From Gemmata obscuriglobus (lineage in GTDB: Bacteria; Planctomycetota; Planctomycetia; Gemmatales; Gemmataceae): a stretch of 32,000 bases of DNA. The notes beneath the pieces are model-generated. The model ran no database searches. It worked only from the letters and a program-made list of their open reading frames with translations, and had not been told where the DNA came from. Both the position numbers and the translations under genes were made by a program. Positions 1 through 8,230 of the stretch are shown here, in pieces; within the stretch, counting starts at the first letter, position 1, and each line of letters opens with the position of its first letter. The DNA lies in NCBI RefSeq assembly GCF_008065095.1, contig NZ_CP042911.1, positions 2,730,001 to 2,762,000 of the forward strand. Direction: 5' to 3'.

Positions 1-855
1 GTGACGGATGCGGGTCTGAAGGAACTGGCCGGGCTCACGAACCTCACCCAACTCATCCTGCTTGGTACGGCTGTAACGGACGTGGGGCTGGAGGAGTTGG
101 CCCCGCTCAAGAACCTTAACACGCTCGACCTGGGCAAAACGAAGGTGACGGACGCGGGGCTGAAGGCGCTGGCCCCGCTTACGGGCCTCACCCGGCTCGC
201 CCTGGGCGACACAGGCGTGACGGACGCGGGGCTGAAGGAGTTGGTGCCGTTCAAGAGCCTTAAGACCCTTTATCTGTTCTCTACCAAGGTGACGGACGCG
301 GGGCTGAAGGAGCTGGGCCGGTTCAAGAATCTCACCGTCCTCGGCTTGGGCGGCACAGGTGTGACGGACGCAGGGCTGAGGGAGCTGGGCCGGTTCAAGA
401 ACCTCACCGCCCTCGGCTTGAGCGGGACAGGTGTTACGGACGCGGGGCTGAAAGAGTTGGCCCCGCTCAAGAACCTCACCGAGCTCGGCCTGGGCGGCAC
501 AGGTGTGGCGGACGTTGGGCTGAAGGAACTGGCCCCGTTCAAGAACCTCGCCAAGCTCGACCTGTACTCTACCAAGGTGACGGACGCGGGGCTAAAGGAG
601 CTGGGTCTGCTCAAGAACCTCACCTTACTCGACCTCGGCCGTACGCAGGTGACGGACGACGGGTTGAGAGAACTGACCGGGCTCAAGGCCCTCACCACAC
701 TCATTTTGATTGGCACGGGTGTAACGGACGCGGGGCTGAAAGAACTGGCCGGGCTCACGAACCTCACCCGGCTCAACCTGTACCGCACGAAGGTGACAGA
801 CGCAGGCTGGAAGGAACTGAAATCGGCGCTGCCAAAGTGCGAAATTAGCAAGTGA
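1..855 (+). CDS. Leucine-rich-repeat protein, 5' end cut by the window edge
   Basis: The frame is open from base 1 to TGA at 853-855. It contains about 11 tandem 24-aa units with consensus L..L.L..T.VTDAGLKEL. The C-terminal ALPKCEISK tail is shared with the next gene. The antisense ORFs 270..851 and 625..951 are shadow frames. Confidence 0.85.
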   Translation: MTDAGLKELAGLTNLTQLILLGTAVTDVGLEELAPLKNLNTLDLGKTKVTDAGLKALAPLTGLTRLALGDTGVTDAGLKELVPFKSLKTLYLFSTKVTDAGLKELGRFKNLTVLGLGGTGVTDAGLRELGRFKNLTALGLSGTGVTDAGLKELAPLKNLTELGLGGTGVADVGLKELAPFKNLAKLDLYSTKVTDAGLKELGLLKNLTLLDLGRTQVTDDGLRELTGLKALTTLILIGTGVTDAGLKELAGLTNLTRLNLYRTKVTDAGWKELKSALPKCEISK

Positions 856-1009
856 CGAAGGGTACGCTCGCATCGAAGTCACGACGGCCCGCCGGACTTC
901 TCCAGCGGACCGTTTGCGTTCATACGAACCCGCACTTCTGGTTCCCGGCACTCCGGTCCCGGGCGCCGTAAAACGCCCTTGAGGTCGTCACCTTCAGCGG
1001 GAGCAACCG

Positions 1010-2263
1010 ATGTTCAGGGCGTTGGCTTTTGCTTCGATCATTTCGGCTCTGTGCGTGTGCTCTTCGGTGCGTGCCGACGAGGCCGAAGACAAGGCCGTCG
1101 CCTTCGTCGAGAAGCTCGGGGGGAAGGTGCATCGCGGCGAAACGCCATCCGGCAAGCCGGTGGTGAGTGTCTTCCTGTACGCTTGCCCGCTTTCGGATGC
1201 AGGTGTGAAGGAGTTGGCTGGGCTCAAGGCCCTGACCACACTCAACCTGGGCGCAACGAAAGTGACGGACGTGGGGGTAAAGGAGCTGGCCGGGTTCAAG
1301 GCCCTCACCACACTCAACTTGAGTTTCACAACTTTGACGGACGTGGGGGTAAAGGAGTTGGCCGGGTTCAAGGCCCTCACCACACTCGAGCTGAATTACA
1401 CGGACGTGACGGACGCGGGTGTGAAGGAGCTGGCCGGGCTCAAAGCCCTCACCACGTTAGGCTTGGGTGGAACGAAGGTGACGGACGCGGGTGTGAAGGA
1501 GCTGGCCAGCCTCAAGGAACTCTCCGTACTCGGCCTTTTTGCGGCCAAGGCCGTGACGGACGCGGGGGTGAAGGAGTTGGCCGGGCTCAAGGCCCTCACC
1601 ACACTCGAACTGGGCCTCACGAAGGTGACGGACGCGGGGGTGAAGGAGCTGGCCGGACTCAAGGCCCTGACCACACTCGATCTACACTACACGGGGGTGA
1701 CGGACGCGGGGGTGAAGGAACTGGCCGGGCTCAAGGCCCTCTCCGTACTCGACCTGGGCAACACGGGGGTGACGGACGCGGGGGTGAAGGAGCTGGCCGG
1801 GCTCAAGGCCCTGACCACACTCAACCTGGGTGGAGCGAAGGTGACGGACGCGGGGGTGAAGGAGCTGGCCGGACTCAAGGCCCTCTCCACACTCAACCTG
1901 GGTGGAACGAAGGTGACGGACACGGGGTTGAAGGAGTTGGCCGGGTTCAAAGCCCTGACCACACTCGATCTGAGCTTCACGACTTTGACGGACGCGGGGG
2001 TGAAGGAGCTGGCCGGGCTCACGGCCCTCACCCTACTTGACCTGAGTGGAACGACTTTGACGGACGCGGGGGTGAAGGAGCTGGCCCCGCTCACGAACCT
2101 CACCATGCTCTACCTCGGAGAAACGGGGGTGACGGACGCGGGGTTGAAGGAGTTGGCCGGGCTCAAGAACCTCACCGCACTCTTCCTGTTCAACACGAAG
2201 GTGACGGACGCGGGGGTGAAGGAGCTCACCGCAGCATTGCCGAAGTGCAAAATCATGAGGTGA
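1010..2263 (+). CDS. Secreted leucine-rich-repeat protein, tandem paralog of the upstream gene
   Basis: ATG at 1010 is preceded by GGGAG. The N-terminus MFRALAFASIISALCVCSSVRADEA is hydrophobic and signal-like. About 15 24-aa VTDAGVKELAGLKALTTL repeats follow, and the C-terminus is ALPKCKIMR. Confidence 0.9.
   Translation: MFRALAFASIISALCVCSSVRADEAEDKAVAFVEKLGGKVHRGETPSGKPVVSVFLYACPLSDAGVKELAGLKALTTLNLGATKVTDVGVKELAGFKALTTLNLSFTTLTDVGVKELAGFKALTTLELNYTDVTDAGVKELAGLKALTTLGLGGTKVTDAGVKELASLKELSVLGLFAAKAVTDAGVKELAGLKALTTLELGLTKVTDAGVKELAGLKALTTLDLHYTGVTDAGVKELAGLKALSVLDLGNTGVTDAGVKELAGLKALTTLNLGGAKVTDAGVKELAGLKALSTLNLGGTKVTDTGLKELAGFKALTTLDLSFTTLTDAGVKELAGLTALTLLDLSGTTLTDAGVKELAPLTNLTMLYLGETGVTDAGLKELAGLKNLTALFLFNTKVTDAGVKELTAALPKCKIMR
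1195..2230 (+). repeat. 72-bp tandem coding repeats (LRR units) with near-identical DNA copies
   Basis: The gtgacggacgcgggggtgaaggagctggccgggctcaaggccct blocks recur with a 72-nt period (for example 1263 and 1335). The array lies entirely inside the LRR CDS. Confidence 0.8.
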
Positions 2264-2450
2264 CGTGGTAACGCGCTCATGCCGAATACCTGACGGCCCG
2301 CCGGATCTCTCCCGCGAGCCGTTCGCGTTGGTGGGTACATAGCCGCATGAAGTGTCCCAACCCCCTGAACGGGATTCGCTTCGCGAATTGCTGGCCGTGG
2401 TCGTACGGGCATAGCCGGCGGAATCAATCGAACGGCGGTCTGTGAGTGGG

Positions 2451-2996
2451 TCAGTTGTCAGAGGGGCGTTGAGCGCGGAGCTTCCAGGGGAGCGGTTCCC
2501 CGTCCGGGACGATGAGGATTTCGGCCTCGATCCACCCGAGTTCGGTGCGTCGGTTGAGGACGTGGTTCACCTCCTTGACCCGGTACCGGACGTGCGGGTT
2601 GCGGGTGGCGTCGGAGATGAACTCGCCGACCCGCGGAAGGGCCGGGAACGTGCGCAACTCGCCGTCGTAGGTCGGGTCTTGGAGCCGCCCCTCGTCCAGG
2701 ATCAGGGCCAGGACGGTACCACTCCGGGCGCTCCCGCTGCGCCCGCCCTTGGGCAGGTGATCGAGTTCGACCCGGGCCGGGCCGGCCACCAGTTCCCCGG
2801 CCGTCGTGCTTGATGCGAGGGGGAATTCGACGCGGGCGACGACCCAGGATTCTTTGCCGTAGGTGACAACCTGGCCGATGCGGGGCAGCACCTCGAAGCG
2901 GACCATGTACTCGGTCGAACTCTCGACCGGCCGGACGCCCGACTCGTTCGGAGGGCCGTACTGGGGGATCCGGATGATTCCCGTGGCGACGTGCAT
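2451..2996 (-). CDS. Hypothetical protein with two copies of a small LPxxG-containing domain
   Basis: The 181-aa ORF starts at ATG 2996 and has ordinary amino-acid composition. The overlapping + ORF 2442..2813 and the - ORF 2702..3415 are R/P/G-rich shadow frames. Confidence 0.6.
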   Translation of the reverse strand: MHVATGIIRIPQYGPPNESGVRPVESSTEYMVRFEVLPRIGQVVTYGKESWVVARVEFPLASSTTAGELVAGPARVELDHLPKGGRSGSARSGTVLALILDEGRLQDPTYDGELRTFPALPRVGEFISDATRNPHVRYRVKEVNHVLNRRTELGWIEAEILIVPDGEPLPWKLRAQRPSDN

Positions 2997-3051
2997 CGGG
3001 GCGCTTTCCGTTCCGGAGGTCGCCCGGCTGGTGGTGCCCGGCCGGGCGGGG

Positions 3052-3297
3052 TCAAGTGGGACCGGGGCCGACGGTGATCACGATGGCGAGCCAGCACCCG
3101 TGTTCGGACCCGCCCCGGGGGCACAACTCGTAGCCGACCGATTCGACCTGGAGTTTGGTTCCGAACTCTTTGGTGCCCTCGAAGGCGAACGGGGCGCCGA
3201 CCTCGGGCAGCTTCTGCCCCCAGGCGGTGAACTGTTTGTCCCCGACCCGCACCACGAACTCGATTAAGGGGACCTTGTCCTCCGGGGAGCCGGTCAT
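3052..3297 (-). CDS. Small hypothetical protein, single-domain paralog of 2451..2996
   Basis: ATG at 3297 has GGAG upstream (MTGSPEDKVPLIEF...). The ORF track begins at a TTG at 3339. The protein shares the KLPEVGAPFAFEG...LQVESVGYEL pattern with the neighbouring gene. Confidence 0.5.
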   Translation of the reverse strand: MTGSPEDKVPLIEFVVRVGDKQFTAWGQKLPEVGAPFAFEGTKEFGTKLQVESVGYELCPRGGSEHGCWLAIVITVGPGPT

Positions 3298-3521
3298 GTG
3301 TCTGCTCCGATGCGGGGACGCCGTGCGTGAAATGAGCAACCGCCCCGCCGAACTGGTGCCCGGCGGGGCGGTGGGGTAGTCGCTGGAATTTAACCCCGCT
3401 GACCCATGTAATCAATCTGGATCAGCGGAATTATTGACTTCGCTGCCCGGTTGTGACTCCGAGCAGATCAGTCAGCTACTGATTTCCCGTCGGCTCAAAA
3501 TCCGGACGGGACATCAGGGCA

Positions 3522-3566
3522 GTCGGGCCGGCGGGATTTGAACCCACGACCTCTTGCACCCCAAGC
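3522..3566 (-). repeat. attL: 45-bp copy of the 3' part of tRNA-Pro (distal end of the integrated element)
   Basis: gtcgggccggcgggatttgaacccacgacctcttgcaccccaagc is identical to 20719-20763. There is no 5' half of a tRNA next to it, so it is not a gene. Confidence 0.92.
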
Positions 3567-3695
3567 CAGAGATCGCCCGCCGCAAATCTTCTCTAAACAC
3601 TATGGAACCAAGCACTTCGCGCGTCAAGCCCGTTTATCCGACCCTTCTCGAAAATACGCAAAATCCCCGGGGATTTCACTCATGTGATGAAACAA

Positions 3696-3714
3696 CCCCG
3701 TAGCCTACGGGACT
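3696..3714. repeat. Near-palindromic motif CCCCGTAGCCTACGGGACT, end-proximal copy 1 (partner at 20625-20643)
   Basis: It matches ccccgtagactacgggact at 20625-20643 at 18 of 19 positions. Both copies lie 76-130 bp inside the att repeats. Confidence 0.6.
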
Positions 3715-3831
3715 GGACACGCGCCAACCGAAGGCGCTTGGAATCGCATAAGAGGTCGTAAGTTGGGGCGGTCCGACTTGCTCCGAACGAAGCAAACCAG
3801 ACCGCCCCCAAGTGTGATGGACCTGTCGAAT

Positions 3832-4338
3832 TCAGACCGCCGAGACGTGCGCAAGAGGTCGTCGCTTCGGCTTGGTCGCTTTCGGCTTCGAGGGCTCGCG
3901 AGGTGCCTTAGGTGGCGTTCTCAGTTCCTGCGGATGCAGTGCGAGCAGCGGAGTGAACTCCGCGATTAGCTTCGCAATGGCGGGCGGTTCCAAGAGGAAG
4001 TAGAACTCGGTCCATTCGGCCTCACCGCGGCGCCACTTCGAGAGGCCTTGGAACAACCCAACGTAGAAGGCCGACGAAGACGAGTGATCGACCCCCTTGA
4101 CCTCCCACACCTCGATAGCCGGTGAGTCGAAGTCCAGGCAGTCCCGGTGATGGGTCGTGAGCACGTGTGTCCCGGCGTTCGTGTTAACCCACTCTTGGGC
4201 CTTGCCCGGGAGCCACGGTGCAGGTGCCTCTACCCAAGTGCCCGCGACCGTCGCCTTCCAGCATTTACCGTAGCTGCCGGCATTCGTCGAAGAGCCGCTT
4301 GAGACCGTCGGGGCCGGGATCGTCGTCGGTGCGCTCAT
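3832..4338 (-). CDS. Hypothetical protein with a basic K/P-rich C-terminal tail, last gene of the replication operon
   Basis: ATG at 4338 (MSAPTTIPAPT...) lies 67 nt downstream of the primase-like stop codon. The upstream part of ORF 3832..4530 overlaps the primase-like gene and is R/S-rich. A 9-bp-stem hairpin (3765-3773 with 3800-3808) follows the stop codon. Confidence 0.6.
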   Translation of the reverse strand: MSAPTTIPAPTVSSGSSTNAGSYGKCWKATVAGTWVEAPAPWLPGKAQEWVNTNAGTHVLTTHHRDCLDFDSPAIEVWEVKGVDHSSSSAFYVGLFQGLSKWRRGEAEWTEFYFLLEPPAIAKLIAEFTPLLALHPQELRTPPKAPREPSKPKATKPKRRPLAHVSAV

Positions 4339-4405
4339 CGTGGCTACTCTCGGTGAGGGACAAGGACGGGGCGAACGGGTGGACAGGAACGGCGTAGCGG
4401 CTTGG

Positions 4406-6676
4406 CTACTGACCGATCGTGTCCTTAATCTTGTCGAACTCAGGCGTGTCGGTCTTGTCGTCTCTGACCTTCCGTTGGCGCTTTGGCTTCTTCTCAGGCG
4501 GAGGAGGCCACAGAGACCCCAGGAAATCACGAATGTATGGCAAATCGATAGATAGCAGCTCGTGGTCGGTCATCGCAGCCCCAATCAGCTTTTCACTGTC
4601 CCCCATTGTGGGTAGTCGGTGAACCATCTCCTGTAGTACGCCGAAAAGGATGCCAGTCGTCGAGAACGAGCCAGAAGCTACACCGCTGAGGGACTGCTCG
4701 ATAACCATCCGCCATCTCAAGAAGCGAGCTTCAAGTTCATCAATATCCGGCTTCGGAGCCGTTTTGCTGGCCTTGAGCATTTCTCGCAGCATTGCGGAGA
4801 GAAGCTCAGTGAACGCGGCGAAATTCTCCTTGCTCCAAAGAGCTTGTGCCTGCACCGTCTCGGCATGAACTGCGGCCTCTGTGTCCTGAATTCTGAGCCG
4901 CCGGATTAGATCCTCCACAGCCGATACAGGAAACGCAGAAAGCCCTTCTCGATTCCAACGGCCGGGTTCTGGCTCTGGCATCTTCCACCCAGAACTCGTC
5001 GTAAAAGGACGGTGCCGTTTTTTCCCGTCCGGTAGATCCAGAGGAATCTGTTCTGTAGCCCACTCCAGAAGCTCGACAGCCTGTTGAGCGGGAGTGAGCT
5101 TCAGCACCTTCGGCGCAGGCTCTTCCCCCTCCGAAGCCGGGTCAAGGGCCACAATGACTAGTGCACGGGAAAGGCGGCTGGACTTAACACGTCGTGTAGA
5201 CCTCGGTTCCTTCTCGTTGACAAGGCCTCGATACCGCTCTGGGATTTCGCAATCCCCGATTTTAACAACGGCGTACTCCACAGCGATTCGTTGACGAGTG
5301 TTGCGGCTACGCAGCCTTTTCCCAATGCTGCTAAATTGCGATCCGTGAACAATCGCCGCATAAATATTCCATCCACCGACGTCTTTATGGTCCGGTGCGT
5401 GATCCAATTCGCCCTTACGAACAAGCGGGGCGTTGGTAATAATTGGGTCCAGCTCATCGGCCCACGCCCCGACGCAGCGGTATAGCCAAGCCAGCCACCG
5501 ATTCTGGTTGTAGTCGTGGCATTCCTCGCAGGTCCATCTCCGACACTTGAACGCCGCAACCCCGCTGTTGTCGCTGACATTCGTAGCGGGTTTACCCTGC
5601 AAGACTGCATTGGTTGTGCAATGGCAACGTCGTTCTTGCTTCTTCTCCGGTTGTTCGACCGGCAGCGTTCGAGCAATTTGGCAGGTCGAGAGCAGGTCAT
5701 TGGCAAACTTTGCCCCGATATTCTGCCAACGGTCGCGGCGTTCGGACCCTTTTGCCTCTCTCGCAATCGCAATCTTCAGCCAGTCACGAGCGTCCTTCGC
5801 ATTCCTGTTCGTGTCTGGAACGACGGCGGGCGCAATGCACCACGATATCGGCCGTCCCATTTTGGCCGCGAGTTGCCGAGCTGTCGCGATGGCGCCCGTT
5901 CGTCCAGGCCACAGCCGCCGGCTCGCGCTCTTTGGAGTTCGCCGAAGGTCGTTCTCGCCTACAACCACAATCTGCCGGTCGGGTGCAACGTGGCGGAGTA
6001 ATTGTGCCAAATCATCAACACCCCCAACGTTCGACGGGCGACCGATTGCGGGTAGACCCGCGGCCGACATGGCCAGCACATCGCTCCAGCCTTCGACCAG
6101 AAACACCGGCCCGCTTCTGTCCTGCCAACCGGCCGGAACGGCAAGGCCACGTGACGTGTCTCTCTCCTGCCACTTCTCCCCGGCTGTCGAACGGAAATGA
6201 ATGCCGACGACACGGCCTTCACCGTCGTACTCGGGGAAGCTCCACGCTCCCGCGCTTCGTGATTTCCCTTTTGATCCGCGAGGCTGTGCTTTCCAACCGA
6301 GCAGAGGAACGTATTCAGAGACCCACCTCGGGAGCCCCAAATGAGGCGCCAGTTGCGCCCCTTGCTCGGGCGACAAGTTCGCGGCGTACTCCTGAGCCAA
6401 TGGCAGTACGCTGTCACGCTGGCGAACGTGCTCGGGAGCGACAAAGCTCGGCGTGGGGATGCCTTCACCATCAAGACGGTGAAGCATGAAGTCGCCGATC
6501 TTCCCGGTTCGTCGTTTCCCCCTTCGACCGGTTGTCGGGTTGTGAACGCCTCGCGTCAGGTCGTAGCACATCAGCCACGAGCCGTCATTCGTTCGTTGGC
6601 ACCGCGTTTCTGCACCGCAAAGTGGGCATGGGTTGCGGCGTGTAAATGCGACCCAAGTACGGTTTGATTGGCTCAC
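4406..6676 (-). CDS. Primase-like replication protein with an N-terminal Zn-ribbon, a TOPRIM domain and a large uncharacterised C-terminal half
   Basis: 756 aa with a GTG start. CPLCGAETRCQRTNDGSWLMC looks like a P4-type primase zinc ribbon. VFLVEGWSDVLAMSAAGLPAIGRP...IVVVGENDL looks like TOPRIM (EG ... acidic motif). The C-terminal half carries a KCRRWTCEEC Cys cluster. No Walker A motif was seen. Confidence 0.65.
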   Translation of the reverse strand: MSQSNRTWVAFTRRNPCPLCGAETRCQRTNDGSWLMCYDLTRGVHNPTTGRRGKRRTGKIGDFMLHRLDGEGIPTPSFVAPEHVRQRDSVLPLAQEYAANLSPEQGAQLAPHLGLPRWVSEYVPLLGWKAQPRGSKGKSRSAGAWSFPEYDGEGRVVGIHFRSTAGEKWQERDTSRGLAVPAGWQDRSGPVFLVEGWSDVLAMSAAGLPAIGRPSNVGGVDDLAQLLRHVAPDRQIVVVGENDLRRTPKSASRRLWPGRTGAIATARQLAAKMGRPISWCIAPAVVPDTNRNAKDARDWLKIAIAREAKGSERRDRWQNIGAKFANDLLSTCQIARTLPVEQPEKKQERRCHCTTNAVLQGKPATNVSDNSGVAAFKCRRWTCEECHDYNQNRWLAWLYRCVGAWADELDPIITNAPLVRKGELDHAPDHKDVGGWNIYAAIVHGSQFSSIGKRLRSRNTRQRIAVEYAVVKIGDCEIPERYRGLVNEKEPRSTRRVKSSRLSRALVIVALDPASEGEEPAPKVLKLTPAQQAVELLEWATEQIPLDLPDGKKRHRPFTTSSGWKMPEPEPGRWNREGLSAFPVSAVEDLIRRLRIQDTEAAVHAETVQAQALWSKENFAAFTELLSAMLREMLKASKTAPKPDIDELEARFLRWRMVIEQSLSGVASGSFSTTGILFGVLQEMVHRLPTMGDSEKLIGAAMTDHELLSIDLPYIRDFLGSLWPPPPEKKPKRQRKVRDDKTDTPEFDKIKDTIGQ

Positions 6677-6904
6677 GTCGCACGCTCCCGCTGTGCGCAG
6701 GGGATCGCACGCCGCGAGCGCGGGCGCACCACTTCGACAAACCGGCGACGGTGAAGAATCACTGGTGAAACCACTTCACTTGGCCGGTTCGTGGCGGCAA
6801 CCACGGGCCGGCTTTCTTCGTTTCAGAACCAAATCATCGGCGAACAGACCGCCGCTTTTGCAGGTCAGATGCGCTCGATCCCAGAGCGGCCGACTGCACG
6901 CTGG

Positions 6905-7105
6905 CTACACGTGCGTCGTGTTGGTTGCGGCAATGAACCGCGTCACGGCCTCGCGCGAGGTCACGAGGCTCTTGCCAACCTTGACCGCTTCAAGCTTAAT
7001 TCCGCGGATACCCTTCGAAACCCACCGACGTAGGGTCAAGGCGTCACGCTTGATGAACGCACCCGCTTCGCTCATCGTCATTCGGGTTTCGTCTAGAATA
7101 GCCAT
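6905..7105 (-). CDS. Excisionase/AlpA-like helix-turn-helix DNA-binding protein
   Basis: 66 aa. MTMSEAGAFIKRDALTLRRWVSKGIRGIKLEAVKVGKSLVTSREAVTRFI matches the short excisionase-family HTH pattern. It lies just upstream of the replication gene. Confidence 0.7.
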   Translation of the reverse strand: MAILDETRMTMSEAGAFIKRDALTLRRWVSKGIRGIKLEAVKVGKSLVTSREAVTRFIAATNTTHV

Positions 7106-7290
7106 CGGCGTTGCTCCGCTCGGTTGTCAAGCTGATACTCACTCCGAATACTTGTCCGTCGCTTGCGAAGAGCGAACCATCCCACACGCTCCTCAAATCC
7201 GTCTGCGGTTGGTCTGTAAATGACGAAAGCCGGGCGTCCGTGCCCGACCTTCGCCACCGCGGCGCGTACGCACCGCGTCCCGGGGCCGCG

Positions 7291-7614
7291 TCATGCGGCA
7301 TGCCGGGTGTCCCCTGCCACGTTTGTCGCCGGCACGACGCGCTCACCGTCAACGGTCCAGTACGGAAGCTGGCCGTACTGCAAGCCGATGAACTGATCCA
7401 GCGCCCACGCCACGCCCACGGCATCGCGGAACACCGGGGCTAGCGCCTTGTCGTCGGTAAATCGCTTGAACACGTCGCAGAACTCTTGGAGCTGGCAGGC
7501 CATCGCGTCGAGCTGGTCGGTGAGTGCCCAAATCGCTTTGAGGCAGGCGTCAGCGGTTACCCCTTCGGCTTCTGCGATTTCGGCCGGGCTAGTGGGGACC
7601 GGTTCCGTGCTCAT
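7291..7614 (-). CDS. Hypothetical early-operon protein
   Basis: ATG at 7614 overlaps the stop of the upstream gene as ATGA, which suggests translational coupling. 107 aa beginning MSTEPVPTSPAEI... Confidence 0.6.
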   Translation of the reverse strand: MSTEPVPTSPAEIAEAEGVTADACLKAIWALTDQLDAMACQLQEFCDVFKRFTDDKALAPVFRDAVGVAWALDQFIGLQYGQLPYWTVDGERVVPATNVAGDTRHAA

Positions 7615-8021
7615 GCTGCTTCCCCTTTCGCGCTGGCGACAGGGGGCGTGCTGCGCAGGTCCATCGGCAGAATCAGCGCCGGCTCGATGCCACTGCGAAT
7701 GATGTCCAGGAACCAGACCGCGCCCAACACGTCGCGGTGAACGGTCTCGAAGTCTTCGCACAGGTCGCTGGTTCGGAACCCTTCGCCGCGGAGGTAAACG
7801 CGAATCGTGTCCGGGTGATACCGTTCTGTGAATTCGTCGCAGAGCGCTCGAAGGCTCTCGATGGCGTCACGGATGACGACGGCCTCGCGGTACGCCGGGT
7901 GCGCCTTGCAGGCGTCGTAGGCCGACTTGAAGTTGTCCTGATCGGGTTCGGCGGCCGGCGCGGTGCGCACCGGAAGCGGGACCGCTTGCAAAGCGGTCTG
8001 CTCGTGGGTAAAAATGCTCAC
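7611..8021 (-). CDS. Hypothetical early-operon protein, first gene of the leftward operon
   Basis: 136 aa with an ATG start. It shares an RD-x-x-G-x-x-W-x-LD motif with the downstream gene, and it diverges from the XRE regulator gene. Confidence 0.6.
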   Translation of the reverse strand: MSIFTHEQTALQAVPLPVRTAPAAEPDQDNFKSAYDACKAHPAYREAVVIRDAIESLRALCDEFTERYHPDTIRVYLRGEGFRTSDLCEDFETVHRDVLGAVWFLDIIRSGIEPALILPMDLRSTPPVASAKGEAA

Positions 8022-8230
8022 GGCTCTTCGATCTCCTTCGAGGGGGACACGGGGATGCCACCGCCCTGGGGGAGCTGCAATCTCCCCCAGGGCAATTTTG
8101 CGGACAGCATTATGCCGTCGGGCATAGCATGGCTGGTCTTATCGGCTCTGTCAACGGGCATAATTTACCCGTTTCTAAAGAGGTGCCCACGCTTCGCCGA
8201 TTTACCCGGAGTGCAGATTGACCGGCAGAA
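8022..8230. promoter_or_regulatory. Divergent control region between the early operon and the XRE-type regulator
   Basis: It contains an 11-bp-stem palindrome (8064-8074 with 8082-8092). GGCATA(A/G) half-sites lie at 8109-8116 (inverted), 8121-8128 and 8157-8164. The direct repeat ATTTACCCG occurs at 8163-8171 and 8200-8208. Confidence 0.5.

Noticed and set aside
979-2040. 353-aa alternative-frame ORF and several antisense ORFs (994..1383, 1396..1674, 1687..2106) across the LRR gene
   Set aside because: Their translations are repetitive G/R- or S/P-rich products of the same DNA repeat read out of frame. The LRR frame has the signal peptide and a sensible start context.
1-2263. Regular 72-bp periodic repeats that could be mistaken for a CRISPR array or satellite DNA
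   Set aside because: There are no unique spacers. The period is exactly 24 codons inside long open reading frames that encode canonical LRR units, so these are coding repeats.
3522-3566. A possible second tRNA gene
   Set aside because: Only the 3' 44 nt of tRNA-Pro plus one nucleotide are present, with no acceptor 5' strand or D arm. This is the att fragment left by integration.
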